A stretch of 64,000 nucleotides of DNA from assembly GCF_040938485.1 (NCBI RefSeq), contig NW_027271623.1, forward strand, positions 83,756 through 147,755, in the 5' to 3' direction. This DNA comes from Diadema antillarum (lineage: Eukaryota). A program made the position numbers and the translations under genes. Positions 62,643-64,000 of the stretch are shown here, piece after piece (position 1 is the stretch's first letter; each line of letters opens with the position of its first letter). The notes beneath the pieces were generated by a model, which did not search any database, was not told the origin of the DNA, and worked only from the letters and a program-made list of their open reading frames with translations.

Positions 62643-64000
62643 TAGACGCCACATTATTTACTATTAAAGACTTACAGTAAACCTATAAACAAGTCAAACA
62701 AGAAAGAGATTCGTCACTATATCCAGCACTCTAATGATCACTGCGAATCACCTCTTTGCACCTTCCCTCTTGGTTTGTGTGTGAATCCTAGGCTATAGCT
62801 CAGGGTTTTTTTTTTTTTTTTTGGTCGTTTTGTCACGAGGAAAGGGTTTTTATCTCATCCCTTTGTGATCAAATCCTTAGACCTTGATTTACTTTCAAGG
62901 CAGACAGTGATTGATATCTTTATTCAGATATAATAATACAAAACAGGCAACACCAGTCTTTCTTTTCGGGACATTATTAACTATATATATGGGGATAAAC
63001 TTGTTCAACAGAATTTAGCAAAATCATAGCAATACCAAAAGAACATGGGAGAATTAATTCTATGTATATTATTTTATTGATCATGCCTTTGTAAACCAAA
63101 CTCCGTGTCAGGCAACAGTATCATGCGTATAATGTATGGCTATCGTTTTATATGCTTACCAAGTATGCCGCACTTCCGGGTTCAATATTGCTGATTTACG
63201 TGTGACTCCGAAGTAAGCTACGGCATGAGATCACAACCTGTGTAATCTGTTCAGCCTGTATAACGGTGAGAGTACAAATTAGATTGAATGTGGTCTTACT
63301 CTGTAAACCCAAAAAGAGTGCTGGTAGTAAAAGGTAATAAACAACAAAGATGCATTACGCAGCTCTCACAAAATGGCGATTCGAGCAGCTATCAATATTC
63401 AAAGGGATATGTGTATCCACCGTGACCTTTTCACTGTGACCCTTCAGAGCTGTTATAGCGGGGTTTTCCCCACATTTCGAATACTGTATGTCTTTCTGAA
63501 AATCACAGCACCCAATGCAAGTCGCCTCTTACGGCGAATCCTTTTTTCTTTTCTGATATTGCATGTGGGGAATTTACTGCAATGATTTAAACAAAAGTAC
63601 GGTAAAGGACCTCATGAAAGATAATCTGAGGAAAATAAGACATTTATTTCATTTCATTTCTTTTTTTTAATGATCTCCACTTAACTGTTGGCATGTCATG
63701 TAACACGGCGTACACTATATAAAGATAGCATAAACTTTGCCCCTTTATGAGGGCAACTTTGCACCTTTCTGACAAGTGTCACACTGGATGTACCTTTGAA
63801 AGTGATACTGGGCACCTTTCTGTTCTGAAAGGTACAATTTAAGGTACCTTCCGTAAAGGTGTTCTTAGTGCTAACTTTGCACCTTTACCACTGTCCGTGG
63901 TAAAAGGGCAAAGTCGAACCTATATCTCTTTGAGTGTACGTGCACTCTATTCAAAATGTCACCACAAATTATACTGGATTTTGCTTTTCATTCTATTAAT

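Overview
This window is metazoan nuclear DNA, not prokaryotic. It contains spliced multi-exon genes, (CA)n/(TA)n microsatellites, MITEs and LINE retrotransposons. It contains no CRISPR array or bacterial defence island. The protein set (major vault protein, intronless TRIM/RBCC-NHL genes) suggests a marine invertebrate (echinoderm, cephalochordate or mollusc-like); the species cannot be determined from sequence alone.

Supported content, in order:
1. A degraded LINE reverse-transcriptase fragment (139-656, minus strand).
2. Several families of short TIR transposons, most with TA target duplications and CAGT... termini (Tc1/mariner-like MITEs): 1375-1739 with a partial copy at 7708-8005; 2283-2815 with a second copy at 33596-33789; 11196-12119; 20809-21053 with a second copy at 43341-43596; and a foldback MITE at 62399-62642.
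3. A plus-strand gene of at least 3 coding exons (5608-6721, 8552-10762, 12782-12849). It encodes a very long Ser/Thr-rich, low-complexity protein with (PA)n and poly-Lys tracts. All three introns are phase 1.
4. A complete 14-exon major vault protein (MVP) gene on the minus strand (CDS 24198-35847, about 861 aa). Every exon border was resolved by hand and all intron phases are consistent.
5. A tRNA-Arg-like pseudo-tRNA or SINE head in MVP intron 8, a 21-bp minisatellite in MVP intron 1, and a CpG-dense element in MVP intron 9.
6. An intronless-CDS TRIM-like gene with RING, B-box2, coiled-coil and NHL domains (45342-47066, minus strand). A truncated paralog lies 15 kb away (61280-62095, minus strand): it keeps RING, B-box1, B-box2 and coiled-coil, but the NHL region is deleted to remnants. 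Both genes share a conserved 5' flank with a splice acceptor just upstream of the ATG.
7. A young LINE (about 53363-57810, plus strand) with an intact L1-type ORF1. Its ORF2 (APE endonuclease plus reverse transcriptase) lies in a single reading frame interrupted only by two in-frame stop codons.
8. Minisatellites (31-bp unit at 22225-22495; a roughly 250-bp unit repeated three times at 49440-50160), many microsatellites, and unusually frequent poly-G/poly-C homopolymer runs.

The supplied ORF track accepts TTG/GTG/CTG as starts, so many leading M residues are not real ATGs. Most small ORFs are antisense to exons or translate simple repeats and were rejected.
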